The notes beneath the pieces are model-generated. The model saw only the letters and a program-made list of their open reading frames with translations. It was not told the DNA's origin and ran no database searches. From Armatimonadota bacterium (lineage in GTDB: Bacteria > Armatimonadota > Zipacnadia > Zipacnadales > VGFC01), in the NCBI GenBank assembly GCA_016869045.1, contig VGFC01000004.1, positions 40 through 64,039 of the forward strand: 64,000 bases of DNA. The letters are read 5' to 3'. Positions 45,015-54,424 of the stretch are shown one piece after another. The translations under genes were made by a program, and so were the position numbers. Each line of letters opens with the position of its first letter. Position 1 is the stretch's first letter.

Positions 45015-47211
45015 GAGGCTCGCCACCGCCGGTTCCTACCCAGCGCTCCGGCAGAATCCCGAACCCATCAAACCAGTACTGCTGCCCCTGCTTCCCGTTC
45101 CCGTTGGTGTAGAAGCGGAACATCTGGAGCAGCTTCACATCGGGGAAGACCTCGCGCACCCACCGCGCGTCGATCTCGACCTCGTGCCACTGGTCGTCGT
45201 CGGTCAGCGTGACCTTGCCGAGGTCCTTGTAGTTGCCCACATTGCGCGTCGCCGTGCCGCCAACGCACACCGCGCCCTGGCCGTGGTTCGTGCTCTTGAA
45301 GGCGTGGAGCCACAGGCCCACCGGCACGCCCGCAGGGATGCGGTAGGCGAAGCGCACGGTCGGGAAGCGGTCGATGTCCCACCAGGGCGGGCGGATGTCA
45401 CACGAGAGAATGGCGCCATCCCTCTCCGCGTAGACGCGCATCGAGCGCTTGCCGCTGGAAGCCGTCGTATCGTCGATCCGCGCATTCGTGTTCTGCTGGC
45501 GGCTGAAGTTCCAGAGGTAGAACCAGTTCTCCAGGTCCTCCGGCTCGAAGCCGACGGCAACGGTGGGCTTCGTCGCCGTCTCCATCGTCTCGATGCGCAG
45601 GCCGCCGGGGATCGCCGGGCCCGCGTACCACTTCTGCTTCTCCGCGCCGCGCTCGTACGCGCCGAGGTCCGGCGCTTTGCCGACGTACGGCAGCGCGACC
45701 CCGTCGCCCTTCTGCCACGTCGCGTCGCGGTCGAGCGTGAGGATGTTCGCCTCGATATCGGCCTTCACGACGACCGCCTGCTGCTTCTTCGCGCCGATGA
45801 AGACGAGGTCACCCGTCTCGCCCGGGATGCCGAAGCCGTCGTAGAATGGCCGCGCATCATCGACCGGCACTTCGCGCCCCGAGCCCGCCTCGCGAGTTAG
45901 CGCCAGCGGCTCTCCTGCATCGAGACACGGGCTGCCCTCGCGCAGCCGGTAGTCATCCTTCGCCGCATCGACGAAGAGCGGATCGGCATCCAGGTTGCCG
46001 GCGAACTGCGCGGGCTTCTGCGCATCCGCCTCCGCGGCCGTCATCGTCAGCCCGTCCCAGGTCGAGACGCCGGGGAACTTCCAGTCATAGCGCACCGTCT
46101 TGTCGCCGGGTCTGCTGCCGAAGAGCACGTTCGAGCGGAAGATGTTGTCCTCCGCGATGTTCGAGTAGAGCAGCAAGGAGAGGCCGTCGCCGCCCGAGTC
46201 GTTGCCTGCAAACACGTTGTTGCGGAACACGTTGCCCGCCACGTAGTGCTGCTCAGGCTTCTCGCTCAGGTCGATCATCTCGTAGCCGTACTCGAGGTTG
46301 CGGTACCACGTGTTGTAGTACAGGTGCGAGCGCAGCATGCCCCACGGCTCGTTGGTCTCCCACTTGTACGAGTTGATGACCAAGGGCCCGTACCAGTTGC
46401 GGTAGATGACGTTGTGCCGGAAGATCGAGTCCACGACAAACAGCTTCGCGCGCCCGTCCGCCGAGCCCGACCCATCGAACCCGTTCGTGATGACGCAGCG
46501 CTCCATCAGCAGCCGCGGCGTCGAGAAGCACTCGAAGTTCCGTCCCCACCGGCAGTCGAAGATGCACTCCCGCACGACGTTGTACGGGCAGTCGAACCAC
46601 AGGCCGAAGGGCCGATGCCCGGCGCGGCTGATGTGGATGCGGTAGAAGAGGTTGTGGCTGCAGTCGAAGTTGTTCCACATGTCCCCGCCGACGTGCCCCC
46701 ATTCGCCGAGGGCGAGCGTCCGGAGGCACTCCAGGTTCTCGTAGCGGTTGTAGTGGCACCCCTTGCACTCGATCGGGCTGTAGACGCCCGTGGCCTGCTC
46801 CATGTGGCAGTTGGCGATGCCGCAGTGGCTCGCCGAATCGAGCTTCATCCACCCTCCCGCCGTCGGCAGGAGCGACAGCCCGTCGATGGTGATCCAGTTC
46901 CGCTCCTTGAGCCGGACGCAGGTCGCGACGTCGTCGCTCGATTTGCCGCCCGTGACCACCGCCTTCAGCGGAGATGCTGCGCGGTACGTGATCCGCTTCC
47001 CCTCGGCGCCCGAGTTCGCCGGCTCAATCACGCCGGGGTACTCGCCATCGAGCAGCACCACCGTATGGCCCGGCTGCAGCGTCGCATTGGCCTTCGCGAG
47101 CGTCTCCCACGGCTGGGCGCGCGTGCCGGCGTTGGCGTCATCACCGGAGGGTGAGAGGTAGTACTCAGTCGCGGTGGCCACCGAGGCGAGGACGAGGATG
47201 AGGGTAAGCAT
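45004..47211 (-). CDS. secreted right-handed parallel beta-helix repeat protein (pectate-lyase-fold carbohydrate-active enzyme)
   Basis: Start MLTLILVLASVATATEYYL (signal). Repeated NxxFxxN/HN beta-helix rungs (…FRHNVIYRN…, …VFRNNVFAGN…, …NIFRSNVLFG…); C-terminal beta-sandwich. Confidence 0.5.
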   Translation of the reverse strand: MLTLILVLASVATATEYYLSPSGDDANAGTRAQPWETLAKANATLQPGHTVVLLDGEYPGVIEPANSGAEGKRITYRAASPLKAVVTGGKSSDDVATCVRLKERNWITIDGLSLLPTAGGWMKLDSASHCGIANCHMEQATGVYSPIECKGCHYNRYENLECLRTLALGEWGHVGGDMWNNFDCSHNLFYRIHISRAGHRPFGLWFDCPYNVVRECIFDCRWGRNFECFSTPRLLMERCVITNGFDGSGSADGRAKLFVVDSIFRHNVIYRNWYGPLVINSYKWETNEPWGMLRSHLYYNTWYRNLEYGYEMIDLSEKPEQHYVAGNVFRNNVFAGNDSGGDGLSLLLYSNIAEDNIFRSNVLFGSRPGDKTVRYDWKFPGVSTWDGLTMTAAEADAQKPAQFAGNLDADPLFVDAAKDDYRLREGSPCLDAGEPLALTREAGSGREVPVDDARPFYDGFGIPGETGDLVFIGAKKQQAVVVKADIEANILTLDRDATWQKGDGVALPYVGKAPDLGAYERGAEKQKWYAGPAIPGGLRIETMETATKPTVAVGFEPEDLENWFYLWNFSRQQNTNARIDDTTASSGKRSMRVYAERDGAILSCDIRPPWWDIDRFPTVRFAYRIPAGVPVGLWLHAFKSTNHGQGAVCVGGTATRNVGNYKDLGKVTLTDDDQWHEVEIDARWVREVFPDVKLLQMFRFYTNGNGKQGQQYWFDGFGILPERWVGTGGGEPRAP

Positions 47212-47227
47212 GTTGTGAGGCGCCTCC

Positions 47228-47365
47228 CTGGGACCGCGCGCACCCTTGCGCGCCTGCGGTGGCAGCCGTGGCCGTCCACCTGGGACCGCGCGCACCCTTG
47301 CGCGCACTGCTGTCGCACCATCGCCGTCGTAGGTCGGAGCGCCGCTCCGACACGCCGCCTACGGC
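47228..47365. repeat. 26-bp direct repeat (ctgggaccgcgcgcacccttgcgcgc, twice) plus a family-B-related hairpin (cgtcgtaggtcggagcgccgctccgac)
   Basis: Read directly in the spacer between the beta-helix gene start and the heparinase-like gene stop. Confidence 0.45.
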
Positions 47366-50274
47366 AGCAACTCCCGCCACGTCGGCATGTGGCAGCGCAC
47401 GGTGACGTATCCGTCCTTCGTCTCGAACCCGACGGACTCCCCGTTCACCGTCACCCGCCGGACCGACCCGGGCGGATGCTCCGCGCAGCGCAATGTGATG
47501 TCCTGCTCGCCACCCACGAGTGGCGCCGTGACCCACAGGCGTAGCTCATCCTTCTCCTGGGCCAGCAGCAAGTTGGCCGGCGCGGTGCACTCGACACACA
47601 GCTCTCCCTCGCAGTCGAGTCGGGTGAAGCTCACAAGCAGTAGTCCGTCCAGGGTCTCGTCGCCCGTGCCGAGATCGAGGAGCATGGCCACCTGCGCATT
47701 CGTCTCCGCGTCCTCGAACTGGTGCGTGCCTGGTCCGTGCGCGACCATGACCGCGTCGCCGAGGGAAGCAGCGAAGCCCTCTCCCAACACCTGCGCATAG
47801 TCGATGGGCGGAGCCTCCCCGGTTCCCGGCCATAGTATGGCCAGCACGTCGGTCTCAGCGACCCCAGGCAGCGTCGCCTTCAGCCGCTTCTTCGTCTCAC
47901 CCTTGCCGCCGTCGGCGGTGTGGTCGGCGACCTCGCACGTGAGGCCCTTGGGATAGAGGATCTGCAGCCGCAGCCTCGCCTCGCCCTTGGTGATGTCCCA
48001 GGCTTGGTCCCCCGCCGGTGTCCACTCCCCATCGCAGTGGTACAGCCAATCTATCGTGCTCGGCTGCTTCGCGGCGATGTGGTCGTGCACGAGCACGTAC
48101 GAATCGTCCACGTACAGGAGCGTGCGGGTGAATCGGTCCAGACCCTCGTAGGCCGCGCCCGCCTCGCCCTGCACGATGCCGCACCCCGGCGCCGCGAAGA
48201 ACTCCGTGATCTGCGCGCGCCCGCCCATGTCGGCAATCGGCTGCGTCCAGCCCTGCGCCTCGCCGATCTGCCCCTTGCCGTTGACGAGGATCGTGTTGTG
48301 GTCCTCGGTCTGCTTCCTGGTGTGGGCGTAACTCGCGTCCATCGCGAAGAACTGACCCTTCCAGTAGAGCATGAAGCTGTTCGCGTCCGGGTGGTCGTGG
48401 GCCACGTTCACGTAGTGCGGCTGCTCGAAGGACGTGCGGTACTCGTTCAGCGCGTGCCCGCCGTACGGGCCGCACTTGAAGAACGCCGCGAGCGCGTTCG
48501 GGTCGGTCCAGCTCGACCGGAACGCCGCGATCTCGACATCGGGGAAGTACCGCCAGGTCGGGTAGTCCTCGACCTTCGCCGGCTGCAGCTTGTCATCGAA
48601 GAGGAGGCAGTTCCAGTTCTGGTAGTCGTAGCTCGCCGGCGCGGCCTCGTAGTTCGCCATGTGCAGCGCCTGCGCGAAGCCATCGCCGAACAGGCTGGCG
48701 CAGAGGAAGTGGTAGTGGTTGAACCAGCCCACATCCCGCCCGCCGTCGGCGTAGTCCCAGACGGCCTTGCCGCCGGGCAGCACCATGTGCGCGCGGAAGT
48801 GCGGCAGTTCACGGATGCCCGGCTGGTTAGTCAGCAGATCGACGGTCGTGCAGCGCCTCAAGGCCCAGAGCCACGGGACGAGATACTGCGTGCCGAAGGC
48901 CTGGTACCCGGCCGCTTCGTGGTTCGAGCCGTCTTCCGGCAGCCACTTCACGATCTCCTCCGCCTTCCGAATCGCGTAGTCGAGGTGACCGTCGATCTCC
49001 GGCACATCGCCGTACAGCGCGAGGCTCGCGAGCAGCAACCCGGCCATGCGATGCCACAGGTGGTTGTTCTGCGGGTCCTGCTGCCAGTAGTGGTTGCCGG
49101 GGGAGTTCTGCATGAAGCCCTTGTCGTAGAGCCGCTGGACCTGCAGCCACAGCTTGTCCTGCACGAAGCGCCGTTCCTCATCGGTGAGGTCCTTGTAGAC
49201 CACGTCGTAGCCGATGGCGCAGCCCGCGAGCACGTTGGCCGCGCCCATCCCTGTATCGACCTCGCCGCCCGTCTGGAAGTGCCGCGACCGGCACATCGCC
49301 AGCAGCAGCCCCTTCGTCGTCTCGCGGTAGCGGAGATCGTCCGACAGCTCCGCCAGGAACGCGATCGTCGGCATCTTCCACCAGCCCCACCGCTGCGCAT
49401 CTGTGTCGTTCTTCAGCCAGGGCTCGTCTTCCGGGACAGTCAGCGAGGCGAGCCCATACTGCACCGCCGCATCGAGGAACCGCTTGTGAGTGGTCCGGCA
49501 GCGCGCCCGCAGCGCGGGCAACTCCGCCCGCGTGAAGAACAGCCGCGGATGCTGGCCCTTCATCTCCGGCCGGAAGGGGATGGCAAACTCCCCCGGCAGC
49601 GGCTTGCGCTCGATCACCCCCGGCTTCATCTCCCCCTCGATGGTCACCGAAATGTCGTCCACGATGGCCGCGTCCGGGAAGTTCTCCTTGCTCCCGTAGA
49701 TGACAACCGAGGTGAAGCCCGAGGGCATTTCCGCCGATTCGTAGTGCACACCCCGGTCGTCGAGCTGCACCTCCATCCCGCCATCCGCGAGCACCTTGAA
49801 GGTCCACTTCCGCCAGCCCGCCTTCACCTGCCCGCCGGCCCACAGCCGACTCGGCCAATCGCCCGTCACCGCGTTGATGTAGCCATAGCCCGTGTTCCCC
49901 GCGAGGTACCGCGCGTAGATGCGCCCGTACACTACGTCGCCGCCGTCCTGATCGCGCAGACCCACCAGCGGCCCGAAGGCATACTGCTTCTCATCCTGAA
50001 GCTGCGTGCCCGCGTCGTAGTACCAGATGGTCACGGTGCCGTACGCCGGCTTCTCGCTCACCGGGATCACCACGACGCCCTTCGGCTCCACGCGCAGGGC
50101 CCTCTGGCCGCCATGCACGGGATCGCCGACGACCGAGGCGTCCCCGGTCGTCTGCGCGTTGGCGGGCAGGCCGGCCTCGAGGTCGAGCGTAACCGTGGCC
50201 GCCGGAGTCTGGGCGTGCGACACGGGCGCCCAGGGAAGGGCCATGAGAAACGCAAGGGCACCGGTGAGTGCCAT
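47359..50274 (-). CDS. heparinase II/III-like polysaccharide lyase (alginate-lyase-type alpha/alpha toroid plus Hepar_II_III beta-domain), secreted
   Basis: Signal MALTGALAFLMALPWAPVSHAQTP; toroid motifs (…NHLWHRMAGLLLASLALYGD…); C-terminal …VNVAHDHPDANSFMLYWKGQFFAMDASYAHTRKQTEDHNTILVNG… typical of heparinase II/III. Confidence 0.55.
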   Translation of the reverse strand: MALTGALAFLMALPWAPVSHAQTPAATVTLDLEAGLPANAQTTGDASVVGDPVHGGQRALRVEPKGVVVIPVSEKPAYGTVTIWYYDAGTQLQDEKQYAFGPLVGLRDQDGGDVVYGRIYARYLAGNTGYGYINAVTGDWPSRLWAGGQVKAGWRKWTFKVLADGGMEVQLDDRGVHYESAEMPSGFTSVVIYGSKENFPDAAIVDDISVTIEGEMKPGVIERKPLPGEFAIPFRPEMKGQHPRLFFTRAELPALRARCRTTHKRFLDAAVQYGLASLTVPEDEPWLKNDTDAQRWGWWKMPTIAFLAELSDDLRYRETTKGLLLAMCRSRHFQTGGEVDTGMGAANVLAGCAIGYDVVYKDLTDEERRFVQDKLWLQVQRLYDKGFMQNSPGNHYWQQDPQNNHLWHRMAGLLLASLALYGDVPEIDGHLDYAIRKAEEIVKWLPEDGSNHEAAGYQAFGTQYLVPWLWALRRCTTVDLLTNQPGIRELPHFRAHMVLPGGKAVWDYADGGRDVGWFNHYHFLCASLFGDGFAQALHMANYEAAPASYDYQNWNCLLFDDKLQPAKVEDYPTWRYFPDVEIAAFRSSWTDPNALAAFFKCGPYGGHALNEYRTSFEQPHYVNVAHDHPDANSFMLYWKGQFFAMDASYAHTRKQTEDHNTILVNGKGQIGEAQGWTQPIADMGGRAQITEFFAAPGCGIVQGEAGAAYEGLDRFTRTLLYVDDSYVLVHDHIAAKQPSTIDWLYHCDGEWTPAGDQAWDITKGEARLRLQILYPKGLTCEVADHTADGGKGETKKRLKATLPGVAETDVLAILWPGTGEAPPIDYAQVLGEGFAASLGDAVMVAHGPGTHQFEDAETNAQVAMLLDLGTGDETLDGLLLVSFTRLDCEGELCVECTAPANLLLAQEKDELRLWVTAPLVGGEQDITLRCAEHPPGSVRRVTVNGESVGFETKDGYVTVRCHMPTWRELLP

Positions 50275-50317
50275 CGGACACCTCCAATCGAGGGGAATCG
50301 CCAGCCATTCGCCTGCC

Positions 50318-51598
50318 CTACCCGCGCAGCCACTCGTAGGTGACGTAGGCCATCAGGACCACGAAGACCAGCCGGTAGGGCCGCTGCCATCGGGTCACCG
50401 CACGGGACCACTCCCAGACCGCAAGGGCCGCGATCGCGGGGGCGCCTGCGCCGGGCAGGTACAGCTTGTAGGGGAACAAGTCGTAGGTGTACGCATGCGC
50501 GATGGGAGCATACATGATGGCCATCCACGCCACGAAGCACGCCACCAGACGCCACTGTCCGCGCACCAGGACGTAGGCGCTCCCCCAGAAGGCCCCCGCG
50601 TGCAGCAGCGCGTCCCAGAACGAGGGAGTCAGCACCACCCAGCCGGAGGGCGGCATGGACGGCAGGCCCCAGGTTGCGGTCCACGGCGTCACAAGCATGA
50701 AGCGCACCGGCAGATACCAGAACCGGGGCCGATGGATCATGGCGGCCATGTCCTGGTTGAAGAAGAACCCGCGCACCTCGAACCGCCAGGCAAGATACAG
50801 GGCCACCACCACGCACATGCCGAGTAGCGGCCAAATCGACCGCCTCCATTCCGACCGCGGCCTCGTCAGGACCATCCACGCGACGAGGAGGGCGGGGAGC
50901 ACGAGCGCATGCTCCTTGGCCAGGAGCGCCGGCGCGAGCAGAGCCACCGACAGGACCGCCCGGCGCCGCGGCGCCGCCGGGTCGGCCACCCACCCAAGGA
51001 ACAAGTAGGCCGACAGGTACCCACAGAGCGCGACGAGCAGGATGAAGCGCTCGGGGTAGTATAGCACGGTGATGCGGTTCTCCGGCGCAGCGGCATAGAT
51101 CAGGCCGGCCACGGCGCCCAGCGCGCGGCTGCAACCCAGGCGCCCGAGCATCAGCCCGAAGGCGACGCAGCTCGCCGCGAACACGAACAGGTTCGTCAGG
51201 CGGTAAGGGAAGGCGACCGTCGGGTCATGGGCCTGCCTTTCGAGGTCCTCCGTATCGAGGCTCCCATCGGCGCCGTACCGGACGTGCGGCCGGTCCCACA
51301 GCGCGCGGTCGATGAAGAGGCTCAGGAAGCCCAGGGGCCGAAAGCAGGGGTAGCTTGTGCCCGCCGACGTGCACCACCGGCCGAGGTCGTCCCAGTTCAG
51401 GGGACCCAGCTGACGGATGTAGACCGACTCGTCGAACCCATCCGGCCGTGAGTACAGGCGCGGGCCGTAGATCGCGAACGCAAGGCCCACTACGGCGGCG
51501 GCCCACAGACACCCCGCCGCAACGCGGTGCCGCTCGTCGGCCAGCCGGCCGCAGAGCTGCTCCCACGTTCCCTGCAGCCTCGCAAACCCAACCGGCAT
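50318..51598 (-). CDS. integral membrane GT-C-fold glycosyltransferase-like protein (PMT/ArnT-like)
   Basis: About 11 predicted TM helices; first periplasmic loop carries a DE motif (RPDGFDESVYIRQLG) as in GT39/GT83. Confidence 0.4.
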   Translation of the reverse strand: MPVGFARLQGTWEQLCGRLADERHRVAAGCLWAAAVVGLAFAIYGPRLYSRPDGFDESVYIRQLGPLNWDDLGRWCTSAGTSYPCFRPLGFLSLFIDRALWDRPHVRYGADGSLDTEDLERQAHDPTVAFPYRLTNLFVFAASCVAFGLMLGRLGCSRALGAVAGLIYAAAPENRITVLYYPERFILLVALCGYLSAYLFLGWVADPAAPRRRAVLSVALLAPALLAKEHALVLPALLVAWMVLTRPRSEWRRSIWPLLGMCVVVALYLAWRFEVRGFFFNQDMAAMIHRPRFWYLPVRFMLVTPWTATWGLPSMPPSGWVVLTPSFWDALLHAGAFWGSAYVLVRGQWRLVACFVAWMAIMYAPIAHAYTYDLFPYKLYLPGAGAPAIAALAVWEWSRAVTRWQRPYRLVFVVLMAYVTYEWLRG

Positions 51599-51616
51599 GG
51601 TTCGCTCCCCGGTGGG

Positions 51617-52867
51617 TCACCGCTTCGTGATGCTGTCCGACGTCTTCACATTGGCCGCGGAGTCGTACGTCCACCCGCTCTTGGAGAGGCTGTCTACGGT
51701 GAAGGTGAACGTGCCGGCGGACCGGGTCTTCGCCGAGCTCAGCGTCACCTGCCCCGACGAGTCCGTCGTCCCCGACACCGTGCCCGTTACCACGCCGCTC
51801 CAGCGGCCGGCGACCAGCACACCGGACACGGGAGCGCCGCCTGCCTCGGCCACCGACACCGTCGCCGTCGCGTTGGTGAAGGAGCCCCTGGTCTGAAGCC
51901 CCATCGTGATGCCGCCCACGTGCATGGCACTGGCGGGCGTGGCGCCCACCGTGAAGGCGAACTGGTCGTCGCTCAGTGCGTGGGCCCAGAACCCCCCGTC
52001 GGCGTAGTTCGTCTGGCCCCAGGGGTACTGCGACGCCAGTGCCGGCGGCACGTTGTGGAAGGACTCCTCTGTCAGCAGAAGCCGACAGCGGTAGCTCCCG
52101 CCGGGCAGCGTCACCTGGCCGGGTTGCGGGCGATTGGGCTCCCCTTCGGCGTACACGCTGGTCGTTGCGGCACTGAAGGGCGTGCTGTAGACGTCCGACC
52201 TATACGTAACGGTATGCTCACGCGGCGCGCCGTCGTTCGCAGTGGGGGTTCGCTGGTCCGTTCGCCAGAGCACATGGAAGCTGCTGTCCAGGTGAATGTC
52301 GCGCAGGGCATTGCCGCCGATGTCGGTGATGAAGAAGTCGAACAGCAGGTACCCCAGAACCCAGTGCCCCCGGTGTCGGCTCAGTTGGTTGTCGGCCACG
52401 TTCCACCCGCAGGTGTTGCACCACCATCGGCCCACGCTCCCGATCTGCTTGTTCGACCAGTTGGGCGGATCGGCAAGGTCGGTCCCGCTCCAGGGGTAGG
52501 GCTTCACGGGCATGCCCTCCAACTTCACCTGGTACGCGAAGTGCGGGCGGAGACTGGCCGCGGTGAGCGTTCCCGCGAGTGTCGTCGCGCCTCCGGAACC
52601 GGACGTGAACGTAACCAACGCCGGCGGCGCGTAGCACTCCGCACAGGACCCGTCACCCGGGCTGAAGAGGTACGGGTGATCGAGGATGTCCCGATAGCGG
52701 TAGTACTGCCCCGCGGGCGGGTACGGCCCGATGCTCAGGGCGTGCACCAATGACCCACCGGGGGGGACGGGCCCGGTTGACGAACCGCAACCGCTCACCC
52801 CCCAGGCGAGCAAGCCGACGAGGGCAAGGCTGACACAGGCGGCCGTGATCGTCCGTCGCGTTCGCAT
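51617..52867 (-). CDS. secreted lipoprotein, function unknown
   Basis: Signal plus lipobox (LAWGVSGCGSS); Gly/Thr/Ser-rich C-terminal beta-rich region. Confidence 0.35.
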   Translation of the reverse strand: MRTRRTITAACVSLALVGLLAWGVSGCGSSTGPVPPGGSLVHALSIGPYPPAGQYYRYRDILDHPYLFSPGDGSCAECYAPPALVTFTSGSGGATTLAGTLTAASLRPHFAYQVKLEGMPVKPYPWSGTDLADPPNWSNKQIGSVGRWWCNTCGWNVADNQLSRHRGHWVLGYLLFDFFITDIGGNALRDIHLDSSFHVLWRTDQRTPTANDGAPREHTVTYRSDVYSTPFSAATTSVYAEGEPNRPQPGQVTLPGGSYRCRLLLTEESFHNVPPALASQYPWGQTNYADGGFWAHALSDDQFAFTVGATPASAMHVGGITMGLQTRGSFTNATATVSVAEAGGAPVSGVLVAGRWSGVVTGTVSGTTDSSGQVTLSSAKTRSAGTFTFTVDSLSKSGWTYDSAANVKTSDSITKR

Positions 52868-52910
52868 TGTCTGGCCTCCCGGCTTCGTGAGGTCGCGTTT
52901 GGTCGGTCGG

Positions 52911-54140
52911 CTAGAACGCCGCGGCCACCTCGAGACCGGACACGCCCACGGCGTTGTCGGCCTGTATCCGCCCCCACCCGGTGCCCGAGTCCCACCCGGC
53001 CGGACGCAGGTCCAGCGCGGTGTCGATCAGACGCTGGCGCACCTGGGCGGGCGTCCGCGTCGGATTGGCGGCCAGCAGGAGGGCCACCGTGCCGCTCACG
53101 TGAGGGCAGGCCATCGAGGTCCCGCTCTTGAGGCCGTACTGGTTGTTCAGGATGGTCGAGAGCACATCGACGCCCGGCGCCGCCACGTCAACCGCGGGCC
53201 CGGTGCTCGAGAAGCTCGCGCGTCGGTCCCGCTTGTCCGTCGCGGCGACCGCGATGACGCTGTCGTACTTCGCCGGATAGCCGACGGTGTCCGTGCCGGA
53301 GCCGTTGTTGCCCGCCGCAGCCACCAACACGATGCCGGCGTTGTAGGCGTTGTCGCACGCATCCTTCAGGAGCGTGGGTGGCGATGAGCCCCCCAGGCTC
53401 ATTGAGGCGACCTGCATCCCGTTCGTCACGCACCAGTCAAGGCCCGCGATGAGCCAGCTCCACTGACCGCTGCCTCCGCCCAGGACCTTCACCGCATACA
53501 GGTCGGCCTCCGGCGCCACACCGATCACGCCGATCTCGTTGTCCTCCGCCGCGATCGTGCCCGCGCAGTGCGTCCCGTGCCCGTTGTCATCCATCGGGTC
53601 GTTGTCCCCGTTGGCGAAGTCATAGCCCCCCGCCACGTAATTGGCCTTCAGGTCCAAGTGGTTGTAGTCGATGCCCCCGTCAAGCACCGCGACCTTTACG
53701 TTCGCGCCCTTGTTCGTCGGATGCACGAGTTCGGCATCGATCTGGTCCACGCCCCACGGCAGCTGCTCGCCGGACGGCGGCGGTTTCTGCGGCTTGCCGA
53801 GTTCCTCGCACTCACCGTCGGGCTCGACCCGCAGTACGTTCGGGTTGCGCTCGAGGGCCTCCAGTGCCTGTGGGGGAACGGAGGCCGCCATGCCCGGCAC
53901 GATCCGGTACGTCAGATGCACCTTGCCGCCGGCCTGTCTGATTGACTCGCGCTCCGCGGCGCCCGGGGGCGTCTTGAAGGTGATCAGGACCTTTGCGTTC
54001 CCGTCCGCATCGGTCGTGAAGTCCCGCGCCCCCTTGAACGCTTCGTCTCTGGGGGGCGGGCCGCCACTGCCGCAACCGTACAGCGCCAGCAAAGCAGCCA
54101 AGAGAATCGCCGTCGCCAACGCCAACCTGATCGCCCGCAT
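52911..54140 (-). CDS. S8 family subtilisin-like serine peptidase with N-terminal I9 propeptide
   Basis: Catalytic triad motifs VAVLDGGID (Asp), DDNGHGTHCAGTIAA (His), GTSMACPHVSG (Ser); lipobox LYGCGSG. Confidence 0.85.
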   Translation of the reverse strand: MRAIRLALATAILLAALLALYGCGSGGPPPRDEAFKGARDFTTDADGNAKVLITFKTPPGAAERESIRQAGGKVHLTYRIVPGMAASVPPQALEALERNPNVLRVEPDGECEELGKPQKPPPSGEQLPWGVDQIDAELVHPTNKGANVKVAVLDGGIDYNHLDLKANYVAGGYDFANGDNDPMDDNGHGTHCAGTIAAEDNEIGVIGVAPEADLYAVKVLGGGSGQWSWLIAGLDWCVTNGMQVASMSLGGSSPPTLLKDACDNAYNAGIVLVAAAGNNGSGTDTVGYPAKYDSVIAVAATDKRDRRASFSSTGPAVDVAAPGVDVLSTILNNQYGLKSGTSMACPHVSGTVALLLAANPTRTPAQVRQRLIDTALDLRPAGWDSGTGWGRIQADNAVGVSGLEVAAAF

Positions 54141-54190
54141 GTCGCACCTCTTCTTGGTTCGTGGTCACGCTACCCGCGTGTCGCGTCCCA

Positions 54191-54283
54191 GCCGTTCCCA
54201 TGTAGGGGCGCGATTCATCGCGCCCAAGTGTAGGGGCGTGATTCATCACGCCCAAGAACCGCTGTCGCGGATTCCCCCATACG
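54191..54283. repeat. family A element copy 5 (GCCGTTCCCA - two hairpin units - CAAGAACCGCTGTCGCGGATTCCCCCATACG)
   Basis: In the divergent region between the S8 protease and purL; same unit and tail as copies 1-2. Confidence 0.7.
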
Positions 54284-54424
54284 TTCGTCGTTGCCTCCGG
54301 AAGACCTGCACGATCTGCCTTGTCGCGACGCAGGACTCGGGGGGCTCCCTAGCGAAGCCTGCTCCGCGGGACGACGGCACAAGGGCCGGCGAGCCCCGCA
54401 AGCGTTGTCCACGGGAGACCTACG

